From positions 1 to 55,252 of the forward strand of contig JAGRMS010000291.1 of the NCBI GenBank assembly GCA_020441135.1: DNA of 55,252 bases. Direction: 5' to 3'. The notes beneath the pieces are model-generated. The model saw only the letters and a program-made list of their open reading frames with translations. It was not told the DNA's origin and did not search any database. Source of the stretch: Pseudooceanicola sp. (lineage in GTDB: Bacteria; Pseudomonadota; Alphaproteobacteria; Rhodobacterales; Rhodobacteraceae). How positions within the stretch are numbered: position 1 is the stretch's first letter; every line of letters starts with the position of its first letter. Both the position numbers and the translations under genes were made by a program. This document shows positions 17,324-27,291 of this stretch, piece by piece.

Positions 17324-18634
17324 TCAGCGTTTCAGCCGCGTGGTTTCGTCCATCATCTCGTCCACCGTCGTGATGATCTTGGCGTTCGACGAATAGGCCC
17401 GCTGTGTCTGGATCAGCCGCGTCAGCTCTTCCGCCAGCTCGACGTTCGAGGATTCCAGCGATCCCGTGGTGATCGTGCCCGTCGCGCCGGTGCCGGGGCC
17501 GAGCAGGCTGAAGGTGCCCGAGGCCTGAGTGGTCAGATAGGCGTTGCCGTCCACCATTTTCAGCCCGTCGGGGTTCGGAACCTCGGCCAGCGGGATGTGA
17601 TACAGCTTGTGCCGCGCGTTGTTGTCGAAGATGCCGTACAGGTCGCCCTTGTCGTCGATCTCGAAGCGCACCAGCTCGCCCGTCGCATAACCGTCGATAT
17701 CCGCGTTCGCCGTCACCCCCGCGCCGGAGAATTGGCTCATGCCGTCAAGGCCGCCCGGCGCGCCGATGCTCAGCGCGATGGCCTGCGGCGCCGTGCCGTT
17801 GTCGATGGTCAGCGAGGCGATGCCGGTGGTGGGGTCAAAGCTGAAGGCGGCCGGGGCCACCGCCAGCGAGGTCACGTTGGTATAGGCCAGCGGCGTGCCC
17901 GCACTCGGCCCGCTGTCGTTGAACTCGATATCGACCGAACCCAGGTCTGCCCCTTCGACCGAGACGGTCAGCGTCCAGTGGTTCGCCGTGGTTGTCGGCA
18001 GCCACGAGAATTCGACCCGCTGCGCCGCGCCAAGCGCGGTATAGAACTCCTGCGAGGTCACGATGGCGTCGCCCGCCAGCGCGGCCTCGGCGGTCGGGCC
18101 GGTATAGTCGGCCGGCAGGTTGCCCTTCATCGCGATCGAGGTCGACGCCTCGCCCCGGATCGTCACGTCGCCGACGTTGACGGTCTGCAAGTCGCTGAAC
18201 TGCGACCGGTCCACGGTGCCCAGCGTGCCGTCGTTGCCATAGCGGTAGCCGGCCAGATACAATCCCGCCGCGTTGCGCAGGTTGCCCTCGGCGTCGGGCG
18301 TGAAGGCCCCGGCGCGGGTAAAGGCATAGTTGGCCGCCACCGGGTCGTTCGGGTTGCGCGACACCACGAAGAAGCCCGATCCGCTGATCGCCATGTCCGA
18401 GTCCACGCCGGTCAGGCGGGCAGAGCCTTCCACCGACACGTTCTGCCGCGTCTCGGCCCGAACGCCTGCGTGACCGCCCGCGCCGGTGGCCGAAGCGGTT
18501 GTCACCATCTGCGCAAAGCTGCGGCGGTATCCGTCGGTATTCGCGTTGGCGATGTTGGTCGAAATCGTGCTGACCGCCTTCGAATTCGCAAGAAGACCGG
18601 CGACCCCTGTCTGCATCGCGCTGGAAATGCTCAT
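17324..18634 (-). CDS. flgE: Hook protein FlgE
   Basis: NIANANTDGY, DMAISGSGFFVV, TRAGAF, LESSNVELAEELTRLIQTQRAYSSNAK. Confidence 0.97.
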   Translation of the reverse strand: MSISSAMQTGVAGLLANSKAVSTISTNIANANTDGYRRSFAQMVTTASATGAGGHAGVRAETRQNVSVEGSARLTGVDSDMAISGSGFFVVSRNPNDPVAANYAFTRAGAFTPDAEGNLRNAAGLYLAGYRYGNDGTLGTVDRSQFSDLQTVNVGDVTIRGEASTSIAMKGNLPADYTGPTAEAALAGDAIVTSQEFYTALGAAQRVEFSWLPTTTANHWTLTVSVEGADLGSVDIEFNDSGPSAGTPLAYTNVTSLAVAPAAFSFDPTTGIASLTIDNGTAPQAIALSIGAPGGLDGMSQFSGAGVTANADIDGYATGELVRFEIDDKGDLYGIFDNNARHKLYHIPLAEVPNPDGLKMVDGNAYLTTQASGTFSLLGPGTGATGTITTGSLESSNVELAEELTRLIQTQRAYSSNAKIITTVDEMMDETTRLKR

Positions 18635-18745
18635 GAACTGCCCCCGTGTGACACGTTTGTGCTTAACTGGTTCCTAGATATGCTTGGAACATTTCATGCC
18701 GGTTAAGAGTTTTGACGTTTCTGCACATGAAACGAATCTTGCAGA

Positions 18746-20572
18746 TCAATTCCCGGCCTGAAGATCCCGCAGGTTTTCCAGCGTCGTGCCCGCCTGCTCC
18801 ACCCGCTCCTGCGCGGTGTCCGCCCGCAGGGGCAGCAGGTCCGGCGGCAATTCGTTGAGCGACTGGGCGATCCGTGCCCATTGCGGGCTTTCGGTGATCG
18901 CCTCGAACCGTTGCGCGACCTCCAGTGCTGTCTCGCGGTCGCCTGACCGGTGTGCCGCCAGCAGCAGGTGGATGGCGTCGCTGTCCCGTGCCTCGGCCCC
19001 GTCCATCTCCAGGATCGTCCCGTACAGCCGCGCCGCCTCTTCCCAGTCCTTGCGCCCGAAATGCGCCGCCGCCTGGATGCGCAGGTAATGCGCCGTCGGC
19101 TCCGACACCGCCGTCTGCATCACCGCCACGTCCTCGCCCCGGTCCGCATACATCCGCGCCTTCAGCAGCGTCAGCCGGTCGTTCAGCGCGGTGTCGTCGC
19201 TGCGCAGCCCCTCGGCCAGCACATAGGCCAGCTCGTCCAGCTGCCCGCCCTTGTAAAGCGCCTCAGCCTGCTTCAGCCGCAATTCATCCAGCCGCCTGTC
19301 GTCCGCCTCCACCAGCCCGAGGTCGCGCGTCACCAGCAGGAAGTCATGCGTCTCGCGGTATTCGTCCGCCGCCACCATCGTCGCGCCCGCCGCCAGGAAG
19401 TGGTCGGCCAGCGCCTCGGTCTCCGCGTCGAACCCCGGCTCGAACCGATAGGCTTCCGCGATCCGCCGGTGCCCCATCAGGTATTCCGACAGCCCCATCG
19501 CTCCCGCCGCGCCCCGCGCATAGAACTGTTTCCACAGGCTCCGCGCCTGTTGCCGTGCCAACTGCGCGTGCGCGCTGTCGGGATAGCCCACGATGATCCG
19601 CGCCAGGTCGTTCAGCGCCGCCAGCGGATCGCCCAGCTTCAGGTCCATCTCCGCCAGCTGCGTCAGCACCGCGACGGCAAGGGCGTCCCCCGCCCAGTCC
19701 CGGCTGATCTTGTCCAGCAGCACCCGCGCGTCCGGCACCGGCAACGTCCGCGTCTCCAGCCCCATCCGTACCAGGGCCATCCGCGCTTTCTGGGCCCAGA
19801 TGTCGTTGCCCTGCCCCGCCTCCAGGTAATTGTCGAAGGCCATCAGGTAGTCGCCCCCCGCCTCCGCCGTGCGCCCGATCTGGAACTTGTACGCGGGCGA
19901 GGCCGCCAGTCCCTTGTCCAGCGTCACCCGCCCCGCCAGCCGCCGCGCTGCGGGCCACTGGCCGGTTTCCACCGCGATATCCAGCAGCACCGGCAGCACC
20001 TTCCGCACGAAGGGCCGCGAGTATTGATACAGCCGCTTGGCCGAGACATCGACATATTGCCCCGCCTCCGCCATCTCGCCCCGCTTCCAGTGGTGCAGCG
20101 CCAGCAACACCGCCTGGTCCCGCCACAGCGCGTATTTCGGATCGAGCAGCGCCTCCGCCTCCTCCGACATCGGCCGCTCGCGCGTGTCGATCGCCGCCAG
20201 CGCCAGCTCCAGCGCCGCCCGCTTCAGGGCATGGCTGCGAAGCGGCGTATGCTCCAGCCCCGCCAGCACGTCCAATCCCTCGGCAGCCAGCCCGTGCGCC
20301 AGGTCGAACTCCGCCAGCTCCAGCACCGCCCGCACCTCCGCCGCGCCCTGCGGGATGGTGCCGTCCTCGTCCGGCGGCTCCGACCGCCGCGCGGCGGCGA
20401 CGTTGGCGCTATAGGCCCGCCGCCGCTTGACGAAGCTGCCCTGCTCGAAATCCAGCATCCGGTATTGTTGCGGCAGCAGGACAGTCCCGCCCGGGGCCTG
20501 CGGTACCGCAGGCCCCACGGGCAGGACAAGGGCCGCCATTCCGGCCAGGGCGATCAGGGAATATCGTCGCAA
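18746..20572 (-). CDS. Exported helical-repeat (TPR-like) protein, flagellum-associated
   Basis: N-terminal signal peptide; Ala/Leu-rich helical repeats; between flgE and flgF; TTG start uncertain. Confidence 0.65.
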   Translation of the reverse strand: MRRYSLIALAGMAALVLPVGPAVPQAPGGTVLLPQQYRMLDFEQGSFVKRRRAYSANVAAARRSEPPDEDGTIPQGAAEVRAVLELAEFDLAHGLAAEGLDVLAGLEHTPLRSHALKRAALELALAAIDTRERPMSEEAEALLDPKYALWRDQAVLLALHHWKRGEMAEAGQYVDVSAKRLYQYSRPFVRKVLPVLLDIAVETGQWPAARRLAGRVTLDKGLAASPAYKFQIGRTAEAGGDYLMAFDNYLEAGQGNDIWAQKARMALVRMGLETRTLPVPDARVLLDKISRDWAGDALAVAVLTQLAEMDLKLGDPLAALNDLARIIVGYPDSAHAQLARQQARSLWKQFYARGAAGAMGLSEYLMGHRRIAEAYRFEPGFDAETEALADHFLAAGATMVAADEYRETHDFLLVTRDLGLVEADDRRLDELRLKQAEALYKGGQLDELAYVLAEGLRSDDTALNDRLTLLKARMYADRGEDVAVMQTAVSEPTAHYLRIQAAAHFGRKDWEEAARLYGTILEMDGAEARDSDAIHLLLAAHRSGDRETALEVAQRFEAITESPQWARIAQSLNELPPDLLPLRADTAQERVEQAGTTLENLRDLQAGN

Positions 20573-20673
20573 GCTGCCCGTCTATCCGTATCTGCTCTTG
20601 CGAAAGCATAGATAATTATTCATGATACACAAGAACAGATCGGCACTCTCTGCTTAATCAAGAAGGTCTCGCA

Positions 20674-21420
20674 ATGGATAACGCAACATATGTCGCGCTT
20701 TCCCTCGCACAATCCATGCGCCGTGACCTCGACGTGACGTCCAACAATATCGCCAACGCCAATACCGCCGGTTTCAAGGGTGAACACATGCGGTTCGAAA
20801 GCTACGTCCACAAGGGCGGCGCCGACAACGGCGGCAAGGACATCAGCTTCGTGGCCGAGGCCGGTTCCTGGACCGACGACGCCCAGGGCGCGCTCACGCA
20901 GACCGGCAACGCGCTCGATGTCGCCGTGCTCGGCACCGGCTGGATGGCCTACCGGGTCGAGGGCAACCAGACCGCCTACGGCCGCGATGGCCGCCTCACC
21001 GTCGACGCCGACGGCACGCTCATCACCCTCAGCGGCATCCCCGTGCTCGACACCGGCGGCAGCCCCATCTCGATCCCCCAGGGCGCCGGCGACATCGAGA
21101 TCGCCCGCGACGGCACCATGTCCGGCGCGCTCACCGGCCCCATCGCCCGCATCGGCGTCTTCGACCTGCCCGACCTCCAGGCCTACGACCGTCTCGGCGA
21201 CGGCCTGCTGATCCGCCGCACCCCCGGCGGCACGCCTCCCGCGCCCGCCACCCGCACCGACGTCGTGCAGGGCAGCATCGAGAACAGCAACGTCCAGCCG
21301 GTGGTCGAGATGACCCGCCTGATGGAAGTCCAGCGCGCCTACGAGCGCGCCATCAGCCTCATGAACGGCAGCGACGAGCTGCGCCAGGATACCCTCTCCC
21401 GCCTCGGGCGGGTCAGCTGA
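20674..21420 (+). CDS. flgF: Rod protein FlgF
   Basis: NNIANANTAGFK, TGNALDVAV, IENSNVQPVVEMTRLMEVQRAYE. Confidence 0.93.
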   Translation: MDNATYVALSLAQSMRRDLDVTSNNIANANTAGFKGEHMRFESYVHKGGADNGGKDISFVAEAGSWTDDAQGALTQTGNALDVAVLGTGWMAYRVEGNQTAYGRDGRLTVDADGTLITLSGIPVLDTGGSPISIPQGAGDIEIARDGTMSGALTGPIARIGVFDLPDLQAYDRLGDGLLIRRTPGGTPPAPATRTDVVQGSIENSNVQPVVEMTRLMEVQRAYERAISLMNGSDELRQDTLSRLGRVS

Positions 21421-21433
21421 CGGAGAAGAATGA

Positions 21434-22219
21434 ATGCGCGCCCTTGGAATCGCCGCCACCGGCATGATGGCCCAGCAGACCAACGTCGATGTCATCTCGA
21501 ACAACATCGCCAACGCCAATACCACCGGTTTCAAGTCCGCCCGCGCGGCCTTTCAGGATCTGATCTACGACCACCGCGCCCGTGAAGGCGCCGCCACCTC
21601 CGAACAGGGCTCGGTCCGCCCCACGGGCACCGACATCGGCCTTGGCGTGCGCACCGTCGGCACCGTCCGCCTGAACATCCAGGGCGGCCTCATCGCCACC
21701 GAGAACAAGCTCGCCATGGCGATCGAGGGGCGCGGCTATTTCACCGTCAACATGCCCGACGGAGGCACCGCCTACACCCGCGACGGTTCGTTCCAGCTTT
21801 CCCCCGAGGGCCAGATCGTCACCCTGCAAGGCTACGAGGTCGATCCCGGCATCGTCGTGCCCGAGAATACCGTGGATATCGAGGTCAACGAACAGGGCAT
21901 CGTCAGCGCCTACGTCGAGAACGACCCCGTGCCGGTGGAACTCGGCCAGCTCTCGCTGACCACCTTCGTCAACGACGCAGGACTCCGTCCCCTCGGCAAC
22001 AACATCCTCGAGGCCACCAACGCTTCCGGCGATCCCCAGCAGGCGGTGCCCGGCGACCCCGGCGTCGGCCTGATCCGCCAGGGCTTCCTCGAAAACTCCA
22101 ACGTCAACATCATCCAGCAGATCACCGACCTGATCTCGGCCCAGCGGGCGTACGAGATGAACTCCAAGGCGATCACCACCGCCGACCAGATGATGTCCGT
22201 CACCAACGAGATCAAGTGA
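21434..22219 (+). CDS. flgG: Distal rod protein FlgG
   Basis: MRALGIAATGMMAQQTNVDVISNNIAN, FQDLIY, YTRDGSF, LENSNV. Confidence 0.97.
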   Translation: MRALGIAATGMMAQQTNVDVISNNIANANTTGFKSARAAFQDLIYDHRAREGAATSEQGSVRPTGTDIGLGVRTVGTVRLNIQGGLIATENKLAMAIEGRGYFTVNMPDGGTAYTRDGSFQLSPEGQIVTLQGYEVDPGIVVPENTVDIEVNEQGIVSAYVENDPVPVELGQLSLTTFVNDAGLRPLGNNILEATNASGDPQQAVPGDPGVGLIRQGFLENSNVNIIQQITDLISAQRAYEMNSKAITTADQMMSVTNEIK

Positions 22220-22869
22220 TGCTGCGCGCCCTGCTCTTCCTCCTTCTGACGGCGACCATGGCCCAGGCCACGCCGGTCGAGGATCTCGTCTCCGAACGCG
22301 CCGCCGAGACGCTCGGGGCCGAGATGCCCGAAAACGGGCGCTTCCGCATCACCTTCCAGCGCAAGGACTATGACGAGGCCGAGCTGATCTCGGCCTTCTG
22401 GATGGACCGCGCCACCGGCCAGTTCCTTGCCAACGCCGTGCTGCCGGGCGGCACCGTCATGCGCCTCCAGGGCCTTGCGGTGCTGACCCTGCCGGTGCCG
22501 GTCCCGACCCGCCGCATGATGCCGGGCGAGCTGATCCGCGCCGAGGACGTCCAGACCGTCGACTTGCCGTTTTCCCGTGTCGGCGTCTTCGCCATCACCG
22601 AACCCGAAACGCTGATCGGCAAGGAAGTGCGCCGCACCCTGACGCAGGGCCGCCCGGTGCTGGCCCAGTCGATCACCGAACCCCTCGTCATCACCCGCGG
22701 CGACAAGGTCTCGATCCGCTTCACCGACGGCCGCCTGTCGCTCTCGGCCCCGGGCCGCGCGCTGGATGACGGCTACAGCGGCGCCGAGATCCGCGTCGTC
22801 AACCTTGTCAGCAATGTCCTCGTAACCGGCGTCGCCCAGCCCGGCGGCCTCGTGGAGATCGTAAGATGA
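22216..22869 (+). CDS. flgA: P-ring chaperone FlgA
   Basis: Signal peptide, SAF-like region, RGDKV..GRALDDG..IRVVN; between flgG and flgH (alternative ATG at 22219). Confidence 0.9.
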   Translation: MMLRALLFLLLTATMAQATPVEDLVSERAAETLGAEMPENGRFRITFQRKDYDEAELISAFWMDRATGQFLANAVLPGGTVMRLQGLAVLTLPVPVPTRRMMPGELIRAEDVQTVDLPFSRVGVFAITEPETLIGKEVRRTLTQGRPVLAQSITEPLVITRGDKVSIRFTDGRLSLSAPGRALDDGYSGAEIRVVNLVSNVLVTGVAQPGGLVEIVR

Positions 22870-23624
22870 ATCCCCGCCATTCCGTTTCCTGTCTTGCCAT
22901 CGTCCTGGCGCTTTCGGCCTGCAAGGATCCCTTCAACCAGGATCCCGACATGACCGATATCTCGCTGAACGCCCAGACCATGCCGGAAATGCAGTTCGTC
23001 TCGGTCCCGATGCCGCCGCCGCAACAGCCGCGCGTGCCCAACCGGGCCGAGCAATCCTCGCTCTGGGCGCCGGGATCGGGCGGCTTCTTCGCCGACCAGC
23101 GGGCCAAGCAGGTGGGCGACATCCTGACCATCATCATCGAGATCAGCGACGAGGCGAGCCTCACCAACACCTCGACCCGCCTGCGCACCGGGGGCAGCAA
23201 GATCGCCTATCCCAAGCTCTTCGGCTACGGCAACAAGCTCGACAACATCCTGCCCGACGTGGGCGAAGACGATCTGCCCGAGGGCGAGGACATCGTCGAC
23301 GTCGGCTCGAACTTCACCGCTTTGGGGCGTGGCTCCATCGACCGCGACGAGAAGATCAGCCTCAAGGTTGCGGCGATGGTGGTGCAGCAGCTGCCCAACG
23401 GCAACTTCGTCATCGCCGGCCGGCAAGAGGTCAAGGTCAACCAGGAGCTGCGCGAATTGCGCGTCGCCGGCATCATCCGCCCGCAGGACGTGCAGACCAA
23501 CAACACCATCCCCTACGACAAGATGGCCGAGGCGCGCATCACCTACGGCGGCCGCGGCCAGCTCTCCCGCCAACAGCAAAGCGGCTACGGCGAAGGCGCC
23601 CTGAACATCCTGTTGCCGTTCTGA
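22866..23624 (+). CDS. flgH: L-ring lipoprotein FlgH
   Basis: Lipobox LSAC; SSLW, DQRAKQVGDILTI, LPNGN, GIIRPQD, AEARITYGGRG. Confidence 0.97.
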   Translation: MNPRHSVSCLAIVLALSACKDPFNQDPDMTDISLNAQTMPEMQFVSVPMPPPQQPRVPNRAEQSSLWAPGSGGFFADQRAKQVGDILTIIIEISDEASLTNTSTRLRTGGSKIAYPKLFGYGNKLDNILPDVGEDDLPEGEDIVDVGSNFTALGRGSIDRDEKISLKVAAMVVQQLPNGNFVIAGRQEVKVNQELRELRVAGIIRPQDVQTNNTIPYDKMAEARITYGGRGQLSRQQQSGYGEGALNILLPF

Positions 23625-23712
23625 CGCACCTGCCGCCCGCCGCGCCGGGGCCAAACTTGCGCCGCATTCCCATGTGAAACGGACCCCCGGACAAGAATTG
23701 TGGGGGTCCGTC

Positions 23713-24363
23713 ATGAAGATACTTCTCATCGCCGCTGCCGTCGTGCCGGTGCTCTTCGTCGGCGCCGGCTTCGGCGTAGGCAAGATGATGTCGCCCGGCA
23801 AGGCCCATCCCGAGACCACGACCTCGCACCAGTCGAAGGCGGGCGAGGACGAGGCCAAGGCCCTGATCGAGGCCGCCGAGGCCAGGGCCAAGGCCCATGC
23901 GCCCGAGGACAGCCACGCCGACACCTCCCATGACGCGCCCGCGCCGGTTGAAAAGCCCCATGCGGAAAAGCCGCACGCCAAACCCGAACCCTCCGCCCAC
24001 GGCGAAGGCCACGCAGCGGCGGAAAAGCCGAAGAAAAGCGGCAACGAAGTGGTCAAGCTCGGCCAGGTCACCATCCCGGTCTACAAGCCGATGAGCGTCA
24101 CCTATGTCGTCGCCGACCTCGGCGTCGCCATGTCCAGCGCCGACCGCGCCGCCCACTACCGCATCGCCGAAAACGCCACCCGCCTGCGCGACAACATCAT
24201 GCAGACCTTCCGGGAAGCCACCGAGAACCCCAAGATGCGCCGCGCCGCCATCGACTCGGACTGGCTCTCGCGCGAGCTGACGCAGAACCTCAAGGAAGAA
24301 TTCCACGACGCCGAAGAGGTGCTGTTCCTGTCGCTGTTCAAGAAGGACGTGCCCCGCAGTTGA
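23713..24363 (+). CDS. FliL-like protein with His/Ala/Pro-rich linker
   Basis: N-terminal TM helix, long linker, C-terminal FliL-like domain (RLRDNI..F, VLFLSL); start at ATG 23713. Confidence 0.6.
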   Translation: MKILLIAAAVVPVLFVGAGFGVGKMMSPGKAHPETTTSHQSKAGEDEAKALIEAAEARAKAHAPEDSHADTSHDAPAPVEKPHAEKPHAKPEPSAHGEGHAAAEKPKKSGNEVVKLGQVTIPVYKPMSVTYVVADLGVAMSSADRAAHYRIAENATRLRDNIMQTFREATENPKMRRAAIDSDWLSRELTQNLKEEFHDAEEVLFLSLFKKDVPRS

Positions 24364-24369
24364 CGGGCC

Positions 24370-24563
24370 GGCGGGGCAAGCCCCGCCCTACGCAGCCCCC
24401 GGCCCCTGCGCCCGTTGCGAGGCCGAATTCGCGCCTGCGGCGCGAGCGCGCCGCGCGGGAGTATTTTTGAAGAAAAGAAGATGGGCGCGGCGCCCCTGGC
24501 TTCTTCTCTTTCCAAATATCTCCGGGGGAGTCGACCGCAGGGAGACGGGGGCAGCGCCCCCCC
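24370..24563. repeat. Composite intergenic palindromic repeats
   Basis: Reverse GTAG-REP at 24370-24391; inverted pair GAGTATTTTTGAAGAAAAGAAG / CTTCTTCTCTTTCCAAATATC; GGGGGCAGCGCCCCC hairpin. Confidence 0.7.
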
Positions 24564-25217
24564 TTACCGGATGCTCACCACGCTCCCCGACGAGGCGGTC
24601 TTGCCGTTCCGCAGGATCAGTGTCGGAATGCCGGTCTCGAAGGACAGCTCCTCGACACGGCTGGCCGCGTAGACCGTGGCCGAGACGGCGACGCCCTCGG
24701 TGGTCTCGACCTCCATGTCGATGGTGAAGACGTCATCCGGCACCGGCAACCCCTTGTCGTCCAGCCCGTCCCAGACCACCTCATGCACCTCGCCCCCGGC
24801 CATGCCCTTCAGCCCGGTCAGTTCGCGCACCACGGTCCCGTCCTCGGCCTTGATCACCGCCTTCACCAGCCCGGCGTCCGCGTCCACTGTGTATTCGAAC
24901 GCCGCCTCGCCATCGATCAGTTCGATCGTGTCGGTCGGCAGCACCACGTCGCGCCCGATCAGCTGCACGTCCGACATTGCCGTGCTGGCCGAGAGCGAGG
25001 CATAGATGTTCTCGAGGTTGGTGTTCGTCGCCACCGTCTGCTCCACCTGCGTCAGCTGCGCCAGCTGCGAGACAAAGGCGGTGGAGTCGATCGGCTGCAA
25101 CGGATCCTGGTTCTGGATCTGCGCCGTCAGCAGCTTCAGGAAGCTGGTGTAGTCCTCGCCCAGCTTCTTCAGCGCGGTGCCGCTGGCCGTGGTCGTCGTG
25201 GTGCTGTCGATCTGCAT
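24564..25217 (-). CDS. flgD: Hook cap FlgD
   Basis: FLKLLTAQIQNQDPLQP, FVSQLAQLTQVEQ. Confidence 0.97.
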   Translation of the reverse strand: MQIDSTTTTTASGTALKKLGEDYTSFLKLLTAQIQNQDPLQPIDSTAFVSQLAQLTQVEQTVATNTNLENIYASLSASTAMSDVQLIGRDVVLPTDTIELIDGEAAFEYTVDADAGLVKAVIKAEDGTVVRELTGLKGMAGGEVHEVVWDGLDDKGLPVPDDVFTIDMEVETTEGVAVSATVYAASRVEELSFETGIPTLILRNGKTASSGSVVSIR

Positions 25218-25226
25218 GTCCCGCCC

Positions 25227-27281
25227 TCAGGTGATGATGTCGATCCGCCCGTCCGCCAGCGCGACAGGGATCACGGCTGCTTCCGGCTCGTCTTCTTCCG
25301 CCTCGACAAAGCCCGTGCCCCCCGGCTCCGCTCTATGCTGCGGACGGCCCTCCCGCCCGAAGGCTTCGAAGCCCAGCCCCGAATCCTGCACCCCGTGTCC
25401 GCTGTCCCGCAGCACGCCGAGCAGGCCCTCGCGGTTGTCGCGCAGCGCGCCCAGCACCGCGGGGTTCTCGGCCCGCACCACCACCCGCAGCGCGCCCGCA
25501 TCGTCGCGCGCCAGCTCGATCTCGAGCGTGCCGAGGCCCTGCGGCGACAGCGCGATACGGGTTGTGCCTTCCGCCACCCGCTGCCCTTTCAGTTGTCCGG
25601 TGACGTGCGAGGCCAGGTGTTCGTGCGGCCGCGAGCCCTGCGGCGCGATGGCGGGCTCCGTCGGCCGCTGCGGCAGGGGATCGGCGGGCGGCCGCGCTTC
25701 GGGCGCGGACAATGCCGGTTCGACGCGTGCCAGCGCCACGGGATCCGGTGGCGCGCGGCCCGAAACCGGCCGGGGATCCGCCTGCGGCTTCACCGCCCGA
25801 ACCGGTTCACCTGGGACGTCCGCGGTATCCCCCGTGACAGCGGCGGGCACGTCCCGCGCCTGGACGGCTGTGCGCCCCATCGCGCCGAACGAAATCGCCC
25901 CGGCCCGCACCGGCACCCCGGCCTGCTCCAGGATCGCCGCGATCTGCCCCGGCATCTCGCGCAGCGCGCTCAGCACGCGCGGATTGTCCGCCTGCACCGT
26001 CGCCATACCCGTGGCCGACACGGTGATCTGCACCGCCCCCAACCCGGCGGGCAACAGCCGCACCCGCGCGGTCTCGCCCGTCATCGCCAGCCCGTTCAGC
26101 TGCTGCGCCAGCAGGCCCTGCAAGCCGCCACCTGCCGCTGCCATCCGTCGCGCCGCCGGCGCAGGCGTGCGAAGCGCCTCGACCGCCCGCCCCTCGGGGA
26201 TCACCCCCTCCGTCACCGCGGCCGGGGCGGCGATCCGGGCGACCAGATCGGCGAGCGACCGCGCGCCCGGAACGCGCGCCAGAACCGGCGCGCTCGGCGC
26301 CAGCACCGCGCCGTCCGGGCGTTCCGCCACGTCGAGCCCCAGCAACCCGCGTACCGCCGCGACCATGGCTTTCGCCTGGTCTTCCGGCGTACCCGGCATC
26401 AGTGTCAGTGCGGGCTGCCCGGCGGCATTCGCGGCAAGAACCGCGCGCGTATCCGTGTCGTTGGCCGCGTCGAAGGACCGAAGCACAACCGCCAGCCGGT
26501 CGGCCAGCTGGGTGGTGAAGGGCAGCCCGCCCGAGGGCTGCGGCAGGGCCGGCGCGGCAACCGGCGGCGACAGGACGGCCGGCCGTCCCTGCGCGGGAAT
26601 CGACGCCATGTTGACGCCATCTGCACCGGGCGCGGGCGACGAGGCAAAGGGCCATTGCGCTTGACCGTCCACGCCCGGCGTCCCCGGGGCCGCTCCCCCC
26701 GCCGCGGCCGCAGCGCCCGGCGGGACGGGCTGCCCAGCATCCGCTGCCGCGACATGCAATCCCGCGGCGATTGTCAGCCCTGCCGGCGCTCCCGGCGCTT
26801 GCACCAAACCAGGCGCTGCCGCCGCCCTTCCCGCATCGACCGGAACCGCCGCGGAAACCGAAGCGCCGGAAGCGGGGGCCACAGAGGGTCCGGGAGCCCC
26901 GGGCACGGCAAGCGGGAAGAACCGAGGCAAGACGTCCGCAACCGGCCCGAACCCGGGCAAAACCGCATTCGCGGCCGTCTCGACGTCACCGTCCGGCCCA
27001 GAACCGCCGGCCCTTGCCACCCCCTGCGCAGCCGTCGCCGCTGCCCAGTCCACGACCCCCTCCAGGACCGCTCCCAGCCGCTCGCGCACACCGCGTTGCG
27101 CGGTCCCGTCGCCCGGAATCTGGATCTCGCGCAAGGCCGTGGGCGGAGCCGTCCCGGCCGGGGCCGGTGCCCCGCTGGACGCCAGGAGCTGTGCGAAGAT
27201 GCCCTGAAGCCCCGAGGTCTGCCGCAGGCCGGCAGACGCATTGCCCGCACCCGCCACCTCCGGTCCGATGATGTTCAGCAT
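25227..27281 (-). CDS. fliK: Hook-length control protein FliK
   Basis: Long Ala/Pro/Gly-rich protein with C-terminal RIALSPQGLGTLEIEL...VVVRAENP domain; upstream of flgD. Confidence 0.85.
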   Translation of the reverse strand: MLNIIGPEVAGAGNASAGLRQTSGLQGIFAQLLASSGAPAPAGTAPPTALREIQIPGDGTAQRGVRERLGAVLEGVVDWAAATAAQGVARAGGSGPDGDVETAANAVLPGFGPVADVLPRFFPLAVPGAPGPSVAPASGASVSAAVPVDAGRAAAAPGLVQAPGAPAGLTIAAGLHVAAADAGQPVPPGAAAAAGGAAPGTPGVDGQAQWPFASSPAPGADGVNMASIPAQGRPAVLSPPVAAPALPQPSGGLPFTTQLADRLAVVLRSFDAANDTDTRAVLAANAAGQPALTLMPGTPEDQAKAMVAAVRGLLGLDVAERPDGAVLAPSAPVLARVPGARSLADLVARIAAPAAVTEGVIPEGRAVEALRTPAPAARRMAAAGGGLQGLLAQQLNGLAMTGETARVRLLPAGLGAVQITVSATGMATVQADNPRVLSALREMPGQIAAILEQAGVPVRAGAISFGAMGRTAVQARDVPAAVTGDTADVPGEPVRAVKPQADPRPVSGRAPPDPVALARVEPALSAPEARPPADPLPQRPTEPAIAPQGSRPHEHLASHVTGQLKGQRVAEGTTRIALSPQGLGTLEIELARDDAGALRVVVRAENPAVLGALRDNREGLLGVLRDSGHGVQDSGLGFEAFGREGRPQHRAEPGGTGFVEAEEDEPEAAVIPVALADGRIDIIT

Positions 27282-27291
27282 GGACTTGTCC

